From Chamaesiphon sp. (GTDB taxonomy: Bacteria > Cyanobacteriota > Cyanobacteriia > Cyanobacteriales > Chamaesiphonaceae), in NCBI GenBank assembly GCA_965246715.1, contig CBDFFH010000037.1:32001-96000 (forward strand): 64,000 bases of DNA. The letters are read 5' to 3'. The notes beneath the pieces are model-generated. The model did no database searches, had not been told where the DNA came from, and was given only the letters and a program-made list of their open reading frames with translations. Shown in pieces: positions 10,152 to 20,354 of the stretch (position 1 is the first letter of the stretch; the number at the start of each line of letters is the position of its first letter). Position numbers and translations under genes: made by a program.

Positions 10152-10598
10152 ATGAGCAAGATCGGTGAATGGACGCGCGGTAATTATACAATTAGTACCG
10201 ATCGAGACCGACTCGACCTCGATCTCATTCATGGCTTTCTCGTCGGCTCTTACTGGGCACAGGGACGCTCGCGCGAACGCGTGGCTCAGTCGATCGAGCA
10301 ATCGCTCCCGTTCGGTCTTTATCACGGTGAGGAACAGGTCGGATTTGCGCGCGTGCTAACCGATTACGTCGTGTTGGCATTTCTTGCTGACGTGTTTGTG
10401 TTGGAGTCGCACCGAGGTAGGGGACTGGGTACGTGGCTGATTGAAGTTGTCACGAGCCACCCAGATCTGTACCCGATCCGGCGTTGGCTGCTCGGTACGC
10501 GCGATGCACACGAACTGTATCGCAAATTCGGATTTGAGGAGCCGAAGGCGGGCGTATTTATGGAGAAGTTCGATGCCCAAAGCGACAGACGTAATTGA
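10152..10598 (+). CDS. GNAT family N-acetyltransferase
   Basis: QVGFARVLTD, HRGRGLG and DAHELYRKFGF. Confidence 0.9.
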   Translation: MSKIGEWTRGNYTISTDRDRLDLDLIHGFLVGSYWAQGRSRERVAQSIEQSLPFGLYHGEEQVGFARVLTDYVVLAFLADVFVLESHRGRGLGTWLIEVVTSHPDLYPIRRWLLGTRDAHELYRKFGFEEPKAGVFMEKFDAQSDRRN

Positions 10599-11136
10599 GC
10601 TTCGATTAGCTTGCCTAGAAGATATCCCTGCTTTAGCCAAGCTGATTCCAGCATCTGCTAGATCGCTTCAGGCAAGCTATTACACTCCAGCGCAAATTGA
10701 AGGAGCTTTAGGAACTGTCTTTGGTGTCGATAGCCAACTGATTCAGGATGATACCTATTTCATTGCCGAAAGCGAAAACCAGATTGTTGGTTGTGGTGGA
10801 TGGAGTAAGCGCAAAACACTTTATGGCGGAGATCGGGGCAAGAACATTGAAGAAGATCGGTTGCTCGATCCCTATGTCGATGCGGCCAAGATTCGGGCGT
10901 TCTTTGTGCATCCATCATGGGCACGAAGAGGAATCGGTAGCCAAATTATGAGACGTTGTGAAGGAGCAGCATTAGATGATGGATTTAAAACTATTGAGAT
11001 TGTTGCTACGTTAGCTGGCGAACCGCTATATCAAAGTTTCGGTTATCATTTAATTGAGAAATTTGAGATCGCGCTTCCCAATAAAAGCTTTCTTCCGGTC
11101 ATTCGGATGATCAAGAACTTTAGTGAAACGCACTAA
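10573..11136 (+). CDS. GNAT family N-acetyltransferase
   Basis: IVGCGGWSKRKTLYGGD, AKIRAFFVHPSWARRGIG and ATLAGEPLY. Confidence 0.88.
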   Translation: MPKATDVIELRLACLEDIPALAKLIPASARSLQASYYTPAQIEGALGTVFGVDSQLIQDDTYFIAESENQIVGCGGWSKRKTLYGGDRGKNIEEDRLLDPYVDAAKIRAFFVHPSWARRGIGSQIMRRCEGAALDDGFKTIEIVATLAGEPLYQSFGYHLIEKFEIALPNKSFLPVIRMIKNFSETH

Positions 11137-11296
11137 TCAAATGACTGACTTAAAAAGCTCCGATCGTCTACTTAGAGAGAAAATTACGATCTACATGAAG
11201 AAATTTTATCGTAAATTGGCTAATTCTTAAATACTCTTTGTTCTTTTTTCAATCAATCTCAATTCTGTCAAAATACTATCGATCTAAAGGTCAGAA

Positions 11297-12568
11297 ATGA
11301 GTCGAATTATTGTTACTACGTTGGGAACACTGGGCGATCTGCATCCGCCGATCGCGATCGCGTTAGAATTGCGAAAACGCGGTCATGATGTTGTATTTGT
11401 AACCCACCAAGTCTATCAATCCAAGCTCGAAGCCTTGGGGTTTGAGTTTCACCCCATGCGCCCCAATTTCACAGCAATGAACGATCCGCAGGAAATGGCA
11501 AGGATGATGGATCTCAAAACGGGTCAAGAATACATGGTGCGACAGTGGGTAAATCCCAGCTTAGGAGAAATGTATGCGGACTTGTTGAGTGTTGCCCAAG
11601 GAGCAGATTTTATCTTTTCAGGGGAAAGTGTCGTGGCAACACCGCTGGTAGCAGAGAAACTCGGAATGCGGTGGGCTTCGAGTGCAATGGTGCCGATGTC
11701 TTTTTTCTCGGCTTATGACCCGCCAGTTTTAGCCCCTTTTCCTGCGCTGGCTAAATTATACCAATTAGGACCGATCGTGAATCGGGGGATTCTCAATTTC
11801 GCCAAGCTGGTGAGTAATTCCTGGGCAGATCCGATTCGTCAACTTCGTCACGAACTTGGTTTATCGCCGATCGACTACAATCCTTTTTTAGAGCATCGAT
11901 TTTCACCTTATCTGGTGATTGCCTTGTTTTCCTCGGTGTTGGGACAGCCCCAGCCTGACTGGGCAACAAATACGATAGTTGCAGGCTTCACCTTTTACGA
12001 TGGCACCCAGGAGGGCGCAGATCTCACGCCAGAACTACAGCAGTTTTTAGCCGCAGGTGAGCCACCGATTGTCTTTACATTGGGATCGGCGGCTGTGATG
12101 GATGCTGGTAACTTTTATCAGGAAAGTATCCAAGCAGCAAAACAGTTAAACCGTCGTGCTGTTTTATTAATGGGTCAGAATTCTGTGCCGGAGGATTTGC
12201 CAGCAGATATTTTAGCGATCGATTATGCTCCCTATTCTCAGATTTTCCCTCGTGCATGTGCGATCGTTCATCAAGGCGGGATTGGTACGACAGCTCAAGC
12301 TTTACTTGCTGGTCGTCCGACCTTAATTATGCCTTACAGTCACGACCAACCAGATAATGCCGCACGAGTCAAACGGTTGGGCACATCGCGGACGATTCCG
12401 CGATCGAAATATACAGCGTCGCGAGTTGCCAAGAAATTGAATCAGTTATTAAATCATCCCAGTTATGCAACCAAAGCGATCGAAATTAGCGGTATTATCC
12501 AAGCAAAGAATGGTATTAAGATGGCGTGTGATGCAATCGAGAAGCAGTTAAATGGCAGACCTAGTTAA
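11297..12568 (+). CDS. GT1 family (MGT/sterol-type) UDP-glycosyltransferase
   Basis: GTLGDLHP, VFTLGS, IVHQGGIGTT and HDQPDNA. Confidence 0.9.
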   Translation: MSRIIVTTLGTLGDLHPPIAIALELRKRGHDVVFVTHQVYQSKLEALGFEFHPMRPNFTAMNDPQEMARMMDLKTGQEYMVRQWVNPSLGEMYADLLSVAQGADFIFSGESVVATPLVAEKLGMRWASSAMVPMSFFSAYDPPVLAPFPALAKLYQLGPIVNRGILNFAKLVSNSWADPIRQLRHELGLSPIDYNPFLEHRFSPYLVIALFSSVLGQPQPDWATNTIVAGFTFYDGTQEGADLTPELQQFLAAGEPPIVFTLGSAAVMDAGNFYQESIQAAKQLNRRAVLLMGQNSVPEDLPADILAIDYAPYSQIFPRACAIVHQGGIGTTAQALLAGRPTLIMPYSHDQPDNAARVKRLGTSRTIPRSKYTASRVAKKLNQLLNHPSYATKAIEISGIIQAKNGIKMACDAIEKQLNGRPS

Positions 12569-13197
12569 ACCCGATCTACAGTTGAGAAAGGCGATCGAGC
12601 AGATCTATTTAGTCGATGCAGAATTTCAGAAAATTGAAGCTGTGGCTGGCAAATTGACAGTGAGAAGTTCGGCACCCACATTTGCTTCATTGGTGCGAAT
12701 TATTGTTGGACAACAGCTTTCTACTAAAGCCGCAGATGCAAATCTTTTTTAGACTTAATGCCTTGGGGGAAATTTCACCGACAAATATTATCGATCGGTC
12801 GGAAGCAGAATTGCGCTCGGTGGGATTGAGTCGTGCTAAAGTCGCTTGTTGCCAAGAACTAGCGATCGCAATTTTAGAGGAAAAACTCTCAATTGAATCT
12901 TTTACTGAACTAACCGATCGAGAGATCGCCGAGCAATTATTGCAAATTAAAGGAATCGGTAAATGGACGGTGGAAATATTCTTGCTATTCTGTCTAGAGC
13001 GACTCGATACATTGCCAGCAGCAGATTTAGCAATTCAAGTTAGCTATCAGAAATTAAAGAACCTCAGCGATCGACCGACTGCCAAAGAACTTATTTCCTT
13101 GATGGAACCGCTCCAGCCCAATCGGGGAGCCGCAGCGCATCTGCTCTGGCATTATTACCGACATCTCGATCGAACACCAAGTCTCAACAAGACATAG
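12552..13197 (+). pseudogene. alkA: DNA-3-methyladenine glycosylase II (AlkA/HhH-GPD), frameshifted in a T run near 12745-12750
   Basis: IIVGQQLSTKAA in one frame; GLSRAK, IKGIGKWT and PAADL in the next. Confidence 0.85.
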
Positions 13198-13205
13198 GAG
13201 AATAT

Positions 13206-13547
13206 ATGGCATCAGACTCGAACTTTGTTGAATATGTCTGCGATCTCATTAATGAAACGGGACAAGTATCATTCAAGAAAATGTTTGGCGAATATGCAAT
13301 CTACTACGATGGAAAAGTTGTCGCGTTGATTTGCGACAATCAACTATTTATAAAACCGACTGCGGCTGGACGATCTACGATTGATACAGTCGTGGAAGCA
13401 CCTCCATACCCAGGTGCAAAACCATATTTTTTGATTGACGATCGGCTTGACGATCGCGAGTGGCTCTCAAACCTGATTCAAATAACTGCAACTGAACTTC
13501 CCGCGCCGAAACCCAAGAAACCAAAACCCAAACAGACAAAAATATGA
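13206..13547 (+). CDS. TfoX/Sxy N-terminal domain protein
   Basis: KKMFGEYAIY, ICDNQLFIKPT and PPYPGAKPY. Confidence 0.85.
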   Translation: MASDSNFVEYVCDLINETGQVSFKKMFGEYAIYYDGKVVALICDNQLFIKPTAAGRSTIDTVVEAPPYPGAKPYFLIDDRLDDREWLSNLIQITATELPAPKPKKPKPKQTKI

Positions 13548-13688
13548 AATTTGGATACACCATTATCTACGTCTCATCGGTTAGGATGCATTAGCCTTTT
13601 ACCAGAACGCATGTAGTTAACAATCTCAACTCGATCCCAAACACTAATTCGATCGACGTAAACCTAATTCTAATCAGAGAGTTTAATT

Positions 13689-14450
13689 ATGGAAATCAGA
13701 AATGCAATTGCACTCGTCACTGGAGCCAACGGTGGCATCGGGTCTCACTTTGTCGAACAACTGATCCAGTTGCAAGCGTCCAAGATTTATGTCTGCGCTC
13801 GAACCATTAGTAAACTACAGACTCTAGTTGCCCTCGATCCGGTGCGGATTATCCCGATCGAATTAGATGTCACAAATCCCGAATCGGTGAAAGCAGCAGC
13901 CGCTCAATGTTCGGATGTCACCCTCCTAATTAACAATGCAGGTACTTCTTTGAATCACGGCATTATTGCCGCCCCAGATCTCGAAGCAGCTAAAGCGGAA
14001 ATGGACGTGAACTATTTTGGCATGGCAGCCATGTGTCGCGCCTTTGCGCCGATTCTCAAACAGCAGGGTGGCGGTGCGATTGTCAATATTTTGTCCCTAC
14101 TCGGCAAAGTCAATTTGCCGTTTAGCGGCTCCTATAGTGCATCCAAAGCCGCAGCCATTTCGATGACCCAGTGTGTCCGCGCCGAGCTAGCCGCCCAAAA
14201 AACATTGGTTGTCGGGGTGATGCCAGGAACTGTCGATACCGATCTGGCAAAATCATGGCCCGATCCGAAGGTCGCGCCTGCGGAGGTGGCTCAAGCTGCA
14301 TTAGAAGCTGTAATTGACGCTCTGGAAGATGTTTATCCTGGCGAACAGGCTGCTCAGGTTTCCGCACAACTATTAGCCGACCCGAAAGGGGTAGAAAAAT
14401 ATATGGCAGGTTTTCTACCAGGTATGGACTTGGCAGGTACTAACGCCTAA
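13689..14450 (+). CDS. Short-chain dehydrogenase/reductase
   Basis: TGANGGIG, NNAG and YSASK. Confidence 0.92.
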   Translation: MEIRNAIALVTGANGGIGSHFVEQLIQLQASKIYVCARTISKLQTLVALDPVRIIPIELDVTNPESVKAAAAQCSDVTLLINNAGTSLNHGIIAAPDLEAAKAEMDVNYFGMAAMCRAFAPILKQQGGGAIVNILSLLGKVNLPFSGSYSASKAAAISMTQCVRAELAAQKTLVVGVMPGTVDTDLAKSWPDPKVAPAEVAQAALEAVIDALEDVYPGEQAAQVSAQLLADPKGVEKYMAGFLPGMDLAGTNA

Positions 14451-14914
14451 ACCAAGATCAGCCAGCCCTGCAACGCGATCGTCACAATTTTATTTCCAGG
14501 TAATATTTCAATTTGGCGTGATATCCAGAAACTTTCTGGATATCACGCTGTTTTAGGGTAATACACGGAAAGTATCGATGCGATAGTTGAACGGTATAGT
14601 GCAACTCCGCCGTCTGTCTAACAACCCGCTTGCACACCGACCGTATCAATATTGTCGGGTAGCACCAAAAGTTACTGGCGGCGGGTGAAGCGGAACGTTC
14701 AATCGATATCACATCGATATTCATACATACACATTCGATCGATCGACCAAACTTAATCATATCTCGTCTAACCATGTCTGGAAGATCGCCCCTCAATAAA
14801 GGCTCGATCGCAACTTTAATTCGATCGGTAGAAGAAAGAAGATCTAGATTTTTTGGTGCCTCGATCGGAAGGCGTGATAAGGTCAAAAGACTTGTAATCC
14901 CTATCATTAGACAA

Positions 14915-15214
14915 TTACGATAGTCGATCTTGCCAATCTTTGGGATTTCGTTTGCTGTGAAAACAAGCAATCACAAATACAGTATCTTCTTCAACAATAT
15001 AAAAAAGACAATAAGGGAAACGCCTGACTAAGACTCGTCGAGCTTGTTGATAAATGAGCCGATAGGCAAGAGGATTGCGCCCGATTGTGGATATACAATT
15101 ATCAATTGCTCGTACAAATTCAGAACCTAAACCAGTCTCTTGTGACTCATACCATGTAAAAGCATCTTCCAAATCTAACTCTGCTTCTGGACGGACAATC
15201 AGCCTGTAATTCAT
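14915..15214 (-). CDS. RelE/ParE family toxin
   Basis: LIVRPEAELDLEDAFTWYE, RRFPYCLFY and FHSKRNP; ATGA overlap with the antitoxin. Confidence 0.9.
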   Translation of the reverse strand: MNYRLIVRPEAELDLEDAFTWYESQETGLGSEFVRAIDNCISTIGRNPLAYRLIYQQARRVLVRRFPYCLFYIVEEDTVFVIACFHSKRNPKDWQDRLS

Positions 15215-15438
15215 TTGGAAGTGCCTAATCGCTGCTTGACAGTTTCCCAACTAGAGCCAGCGTTTGGATCTTGCCGATGTTGTTCCAATCTTCGATCGAG
15301 TTCTTGCTGTTGCGCTCGATCTAATTCGATTTCATCTTGTCTATCTAGAATACTATCCCATAGATCTTCTGCAAGTTGAATCCGCTCGGCAATACTCAGT
15401 TGAGAAATTTCAACTTTGAGAAGAGGATGATTACTCAT
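15211..15438 (-). CDS. Addiction module antitoxin
   Basis: LSIAERIQLAEDLWDSI, ELDRRL and SWETVKQRL. Confidence 0.9.
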   Translation of the reverse strand: MSNHPLLKVEISQLSIAERIQLAEDLWDSILDRQDEIELDRAQQQELDRRLEQHRQDPNAGSSWETVKQRLGTSK

Positions 15439-15640
15439 GCTAATTTAGCTATCCAAATTATATCCATGTCAGAATTATAGCATTGTGACAAATTTTAGAT
15501 GCTATGTATGAAGTAGTTTTTACCACTCGATCGCTGGGCACCACATCGATATTCACGCCTACACATTCGATCGATCGACCAAACTTAACCATGTCTGGAA
15601 GATTGCCTCTCAATAAAGGCTCGATCTGAACTTTCACTCG

Positions 15641-16009
15641 CTATTCCTGGACTCGATCTGGAAAAGATATCTCCAACACCACACAACCAAGATCGGTTGT
15701 GAATGGCCCGTGAATCTCTCCAGGTGGTCTACTGGCATAATGTCCCGTCTCTAGCCACATATCAAAGGCTAGATCGTAAAGACGACCGCTGATAATCAAA
15801 ATCTCTTCAGGATAGTCGTGACTTTTCGCACCGAAACTAGTCGTATCGGTACCAGGATAAAACCGAGTTAAGCGGGTGTATTCACCAGTTTCAACATCGA
15901 TGCTCAGAGTCAGTTCTTCTACCATTTCTTCAAGCCCTGCGATCGATTTCCATAGGGTTTTATTTACTTGATGTAATGGGTTCCAATACTCGATCGTCGA
16001 TTTTGGCAT
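15641..16009 (-). CDS. ChrR-like cupin domain protein
   Basis: HDYPEE and YASRPPGEIHGPF. Confidence 0.8.
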   Translation of the reverse strand: MPKSTIEYWNPLHQVNKTLWKSIAGLEEMVEELTLSIDVETGEYTRLTRFYPGTDTTSFGAKSHDYPEEILIISGRLYDLAFDMWLETGHYASRPPGEIHGPFTTDLGCVVLEISFPDRVQE

Positions 16010-16026
16010 ATCACCTCATTTTAATA

Positions 16027-16407
16027 TCAGCGTGGCGGAATTTCACTAGTGTGACCTGCGATAATTTGGATCGAGCCACTAGCAGAGATCGCCCAAACAC
16101 GGGTAAATCGAATATTTTGTTCGACTGGAATACCTTCATAACTGCCTAATATGTGCATCAAAACAGAAACAACTGCAAACCCACCCTTGAGTTGAATCTG
16201 TCGATCTGATGGTGTAATTTCGGTAAACTTAAATTTCCCAGAACGGTGAGCATCAAGATCTTCCTGTTTACTAAAAATTTGTCCCAGATGATTTGTAAAC
16301 AGCAGTTCGGGTGCGATTAAATCATCTAGTTCGGCAACATCAGAATGCAGCATTGCTTGTCTGAGTCGCTCTTCTAGTTCGATGATTTGAGCTTGAGTAA
16401 CTATCAT
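16027..16407 (-). CDS. NTF2-like (DUF4440) protein
   Basis: LEERLRQAML..D...LD.L, FTNHLG, RFTRVW and AGH. Confidence 0.82.
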   Translation of the reverse strand: MIVTQAQIIELEERLRQAMLHSDVAELDDLIAPELLFTNHLGQIFSKQEDLDAHRSGKFKFTEITPSDRQIQLKGGFAVVSVLMHILGSYEGIPVEQNIRFTRVWAISASGSIQIIAGHTSEIPPR

Positions 16408-16520
16408 AATTTGCTCCCATTGTTTCCGAAATGGTGTTTTGTTGGAGAGGTATCATTTTACTTTTAGTTATATGCTCGATCTTAATCAATGCGATCGAAC
16501 TATGGTGCTTTTACCTGGCT

Positions 16521-18701
16521 TTATTTAGCAGCGTTCGCACCGAGATTACCCAATTTTGGACTCCACCACTGCCCCTCCTTACCCTGAAAATAGGCAACAT
16601 CCTTGTGTTTGGGCTTGGTTCTAGCTTCCGCATCCGAACACCGCAGCATTGACTTTTCTTTTCCATCCTTCGTGTAACTATATTCCTCCAGCGGTTTCTG
16701 ACAAACCGGACAAGGAGATTCGGTTAGCTTTGCTGGAGACGATTGCTCGGTCTTAGGCTGTGGAATCTGCCATTCACTCGTTCGATCCGACCAAAACATT
16801 ACCAATCCTTTACCCTCTGGATCTTTGCATCCATCCTCACACTTGAGAAAATAGCCCTTCTTCACCTTCTTGGTCGGTACTTTGGACATTTGCTTGTTAC
16901 AAATCGGACATTTCGTTGGCGAAGCCTCTCTGGAAGAGAATCGCGATTTCTCCAGTTCCTTACCTTGAAACGATCTATAATCCTGCTCTGGTAGATTCTT
17001 AGTAGCCTTACTTAAAGCTGGCGCAAAATAGCTCCGGTTCCACTCAATCAGGTAACTTTGCCATTCCTGCTGACCCTTGGAGATTGCATCGAGTTGAGCT
17101 TCCATTCCAGCGGTGAATTCCGATTGAATCAACTCTGGTAAAGCTTGCATGAGAAAATCATCCACTTGCAAACCCACAGTCGTAGGCTGCACTTTGCTCT
17201 TGACTAGCTCCACATAATTACGTTGCTTGAGCGTGGCAATCGTCGGGGCGTAAGTAGAAGGACGACCGATCCCGCGACGTTCCATCAATTGAACGAGTTT
17301 TGGTTCGCTGTAACGTGGCGGTGGTTGGGTTTGCTTTTGTTCGTGACTGACATTAGTAGCGGTGAGTGGTTGTTTTGGTTGCAAGCTCGGTAGGACGGCA
17401 TCACCGCTAATATCTTTCCAATATTTGGCATAGCCAGCAAATTCAAGCATTTGCCCTCTCGCTTGCCACTGAATCTCCCCAGACTGAGTAACGATCGTGG
17501 TTTTGCGAATCTGTGCGGGCTTACACTGAGAGGCGATCGATCTCATCCAAATCATCAAGTACAGCGCGAATTCATCTTCTGAAAGCTGCTGTTTGAGTTC
17601 GCTTGAGGCTTTGGTGATGTCCGTCGGTCTGACCGCTTCATGAGCTTCCTGAGCGTCTTTGGAACTCCTTTGTTTAGAGACTTTAGCGGGCACATTGTCT
17701 TTATCGTGGGACAACAGCCATTCTCGTGCAGCTTTACAGAAATCCTGACTGAGTTCGACTGAATCAGTCCGCATATAGGTGATTAACCCTGCTTCATAAA
17801 GCTTCTGAGCGACCGACATTGTATGTTCGGGACTGAACTTCAGCCGCGCTCCAGCAGCTTGTTGGAGCGACGATGTGATGAATGGGGCGGGGGGCTTTTT
17901 GGGAGCAAGTTTACCTTCGATCGATTTAACTTGATGGGCGTTAGCTTTGCCGATCTCCACTAACCTGTCAGCTTCAGCCTTACTCAGTACGCGCGTCGAT
18001 TCGGCGACTTTTTCTGTCACTCCAGCATCGTCGCTAGTTTCTTCCTCTGCTGCTGGTGAGACAGCTTGAGCAGTGCCGTTGTAGAAGGCTCTGAATCCTT
18101 CGGCATAATCTACAAATACAGACCAATAATCTTGCGGTTTGAAAGTTTGAATTTCTCGTTCTCGTTGGCAGACTAGGTGCAGGGTGGCTGATTGCACCCG
18201 TCCGACGCTTTTGGCTCCGTTATTGAGTCGCCAGATCAGCGGCGATCCTTTGTAGCCAACGAGCTTGTCCAGACAATCGCGACACCTACCTGCTTCGACT
18301 AGAGCCATGTCTAGGGAGCGAGGAGAAGCAATCGCTTTCTTAACTGCGGATTCGGTAATCTCTTGATAGACGACGCGCTGGGGCTGTTTGAGCTTCAGTA
18401 CTTGGGCGATATGCCAGCCGATGACCTCACCTTCTCGATCTGGATCTGAGGCGATGAAGACTCGATCCGCTTGCTTGGCTGCGGCGATTAGCCCCGCGAT
18501 CGTTTGTTTGGCTCTCTCGTCGCGGGGGATATAGCGACAATCGATTGTCTCCGAACCTAAATCAAAACCAAGAGAACCGTCTCCATCGTTGGCGAGTTGG
18601 CGAATATGTCCGATCGATGCTTTAACATCCCAGTCGGAGCCGAGGATACTCCTAAGCTTTTTGATTTTGCCAGCAGATTCAACAATTAGCAGATTTCGCA
18701 T
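16521..18701 (-). CDS. topA: Type IA DNA topoisomerase (accessory/plasmid-type) with C-terminal Zn ribbons
   Basis: LLIVES, DPDREGE, GRVQS, ITYMRTD catalytic Tyr, AHEAVRPT and GIGRPSTY. Confidence 0.95.
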   Translation of the reverse strand: MRNLLIVESAGKIKKLRSILGSDWDVKASIGHIRQLANDGDGSLGFDLGSETIDCRYIPRDERAKQTIAGLIAAAKQADRVFIASDPDREGEVIGWHIAQVLKLKQPQRVVYQEITESAVKKAIASPRSLDMALVEAGRCRDCLDKLVGYKGSPLIWRLNNGAKSVGRVQSATLHLVCQREREIQTFKPQDYWSVFVDYAEGFRAFYNGTAQAVSPAAEEETSDDAGVTEKVAESTRVLSKAEADRLVEIGKANAHQVKSIEGKLAPKKPPAPFITSSLQQAAGARLKFSPEHTMSVAQKLYEAGLITYMRTDSVELSQDFCKAAREWLLSHDKDNVPAKVSKQRSSKDAQEAHEAVRPTDITKASSELKQQLSEDEFALYLMIWMRSIASQCKPAQIRKTTIVTQSGEIQWQARGQMLEFAGYAKYWKDISGDAVLPSLQPKQPLTATNVSHEQKQTQPPPRYSEPKLVQLMERRGIGRPSTYAPTIATLKQRNYVELVKSKVQPTTVGLQVDDFLMQALPELIQSEFTAGMEAQLDAISKGQQEWQSYLIEWNRSYFAPALSKATKNLPEQDYRSFQGKELEKSRFSSREASPTKCPICNKQMSKVPTKKVKKGYFLKCEDGCKDPEGKGLVMFWSDRTSEWQIPQPKTEQSSPAKLTESPCPVCQKPLEEYSYTKDGKEKSMLRCSDAEARTKPKHKDVAYFQGKEGQWWSPKLGNLGANAAK
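16916..16939 (-). mobile_element. 24-nt micro-element in frame within topA
   Basis: CGAT-TCTCTTCCAGAGA GGCTTCGCC AA-CG; KSR-SKC becomes KSRFSSREASPTKC. Confidence 0.85.
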
Positions 18702-18824
18702 AAATTTAGGTGAACTGAGGATTCGGCTACCCGATCGATCTTCACTCAAAGGAACTAGATAGATGCCTGGAAGAGATCGAATGACGATCGACTTGTGTAT
18801 TGATTTAGCTACAAGCCTCTTCCT

Positions 18825-19223
18825 TCAAGCAATTGTAAAAATCTTATTTAAACCATCAAAAGTAATTACGTGACGGTTAAGAACATTCCTACCTATAATT
18901 GCTTCACCGTTAAGAATCCGATCTGGAACCGCGAACACTTTAGTTTTAATAAAGCTACTATTATCAAAGCTCAATTTCAGAAAGAAGGGAACTCCAGCAA
19001 CTACTTCCCCCAGCAGTTTAAATATAGAAGGTTCTATTTTAATAGATCTTGCTTTAATGCTCGATACCAGTGACCTTGACACGACAGTTACATCAGATCC
19101 GGTATCCAATATTCCACAATCATTAGAGGCCGTTTTTTCAGGCTCTTCAAAATTAACAAAATAAATTATAGTAGCTGGGATTGCGGGTTTATCACCAATC
19201 TCAATATAGGAAAAACTAGGCAT
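18825..19223 (-). CDS. Retropepsin-like (clan AA) aspartyl protease
   Basis: GILDTGSDVT and IIGRNVLN. Confidence 0.85.
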   Translation of the reverse strand: MPSFSYIEIGDKPAIPATIIYFVNFEEPEKTASNDCGILDTGSDVTVVSRSLVSSIKARSIKIEPSIFKLLGEVVAGVPFFLKLSFDNSSFIKTKVFAVPDRILNGEAIIGRNVLNRHVITFDGLNKIFTIA

Positions 19224-19779
19224 TAACTTCTCGATTAGGAACGAAAGTACAGAGAATTCCTTCTCTATCCTTAAAAAAGTCAGTTTCAGATATCCGGTCT
19301 AACAAAGTATCTTCACTGAGATCGGCATCGATTACCCGTCCATCTTCAAATACGATAAATTGTCCACTGTATCGATCGATTAATTCGGGAAGATGAACCT
19401 CGAAGGATTTTTCTTGTTCTTTGAGGTAATCATAAGCATCCTGACTCCAAAATAAGTCTCGGACGGTATAGATGAAAGGATTGCCATCACGATCGACAGC
19501 ACGAAAGATATCTTCCGCTTGAGCGTCTTCTAGATCTGATTTTAAATCTTCGATATTTCTAGAGCTTTGAGCTGTGCTCAGTTTTGTGGCGTGACGAACT
19601 CGTTGGCGTAGCCTCTCTGAAAGAGAATCGCCATTATCCGCAATTTCATTCTGTTGTTGCTCGATTTGTTGTTGGTGGAGTCGTTCGAGTAGACTGTCCC
19701 GATCTTCAATGGGGAGACTCTCGTTGGCGCAGCCTAGCCTCTGGCTAATCGCTTGAATGATTTCTCGATCGGTCATCAT
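19216..19779 (-). CDS. DUF5678-like protein paired with the aspartyl protease; carries two 24-nt insertions
   Basis: LPELIDRYSGQFIVFEDGRVIDAD motif; insertions at 19603-19626 and 19724-19747. Confidence 0.65.
   Translation of the reverse strand: MMTDREIIQAISQRLGCANESLPIEDRDSLLERLHQQQIEQQQNEIADNGDSLSERLRQRVRHATKLSTAQSSRNIEDLKSDLEDAQAEDIFRAVDRDGNPFIYTVRDLFWSQDAYDYLKEQEKSFEVHLPELIDRYSGQFIVFEDGRVIDADLSEDTLLDRISETDFFKDREGILCTFVPNREVNA
19603..19626 (-). mobile_element. 24-nt micro-element, in frame
   Basis: CGAT-TCTCTTTCAGAGA GGCTACGCC AA-CG; peptide D-SLSERLRQ-R. Confidence 0.85.
19724..19747 (-). mobile_element. 24-nt micro-element, in frame
   Basis: CGAT-TAGCCAGAGGCTA GGCTGCGCC AA-CG; QAI-ESL becomes QAISQRLGCANESL. 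Confidence 0.85.
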
Positions 19780-20160
19780 ATTGCAATGCCTCCAAAGACT
19801 GCTCTGGATTAACTTTTAGCTCCTTTGATTATACTACCTCCTATCCTCTCGTAGGATCGAACAGTTGTCTAGGACTGATACTGGCAGTCTAAATTTACCG
19901 ATGGTAATCGATCTTTAGGATCTTCGAGATCGGGAAGCAGCGGAACAAATCCAACCAAGCGATCGGTTTGAATTGGATAGACATTTTTTTCATACTCAAA
20001 AAGTTTATTGTCTTGGTATTTAGGTTAGAGATCTCTGTTTGAATAGACTTGACAAACCAGTTAAAACGGTCTAAAAGTAAGACAAGCCCATAAAATAGCC
20101 TATGTAGTTATTTTAAATGGCTGTAAGCCTTGCATGATAAGGCTTGTGAATCTATTCTCT

Positions 20161-20207
20161 CTTCGTTGACATCGATGAGGTCGCTGGTTCGAGTCCAGTT
20201 TCGTCCA
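20161..20207 (+). other. 3' half of tRNA-Val(GAC): att site core
   Basis: CTTCG-TTGACAT-CGATG anticodon arm, GCTGG-TTCGAGT-CCAGT T arm and an acceptor 3' strand; no D arm upstream; integrase follows. Confidence 0.75.
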
Positions 20208-20354
20208 TTGGTTGGAAAGGTAAGCATTGGTAAGGCTTTTAGGAATCAAACACATCCTAACAGCCGATTTTTTGCGTCTATATACCTGAAAATAGGGTGC
20301 TGTTTTGGTGGGTTTGGCTGGTCTGTTGCCCCACAAATCGCCCCACGTTTTTAT

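Larger units (their letters stand above)
14710..15640. repeat. ~100-bp imperfect direct repeats (14710-14823 and 15542-15640) flanking a TA pair
   Basis: CACATCGATATTCA...ACACATTCGATCGATCGACCAAACTTAA...CCATGTCTGGAAGAT...CTCAATAAAGGCTCGATC occurs twice; the second copy lacks 15 bp. Confidence 0.8.

Noticed and set aside
20161..20207. Functional tRNA-Val
   Set aside because: No 5' acceptor strand or D arm is present upstream; it is better explained as an att core.
20130..20354. N-terminal extension of the integrase ORF, and similar long starts at 9199, 10441, 33431, 33930 and 34531
   Set aside because: These run through att, promoter or neighbouring-gene DNA; downstream starts fit RBS and domain boundaries better.
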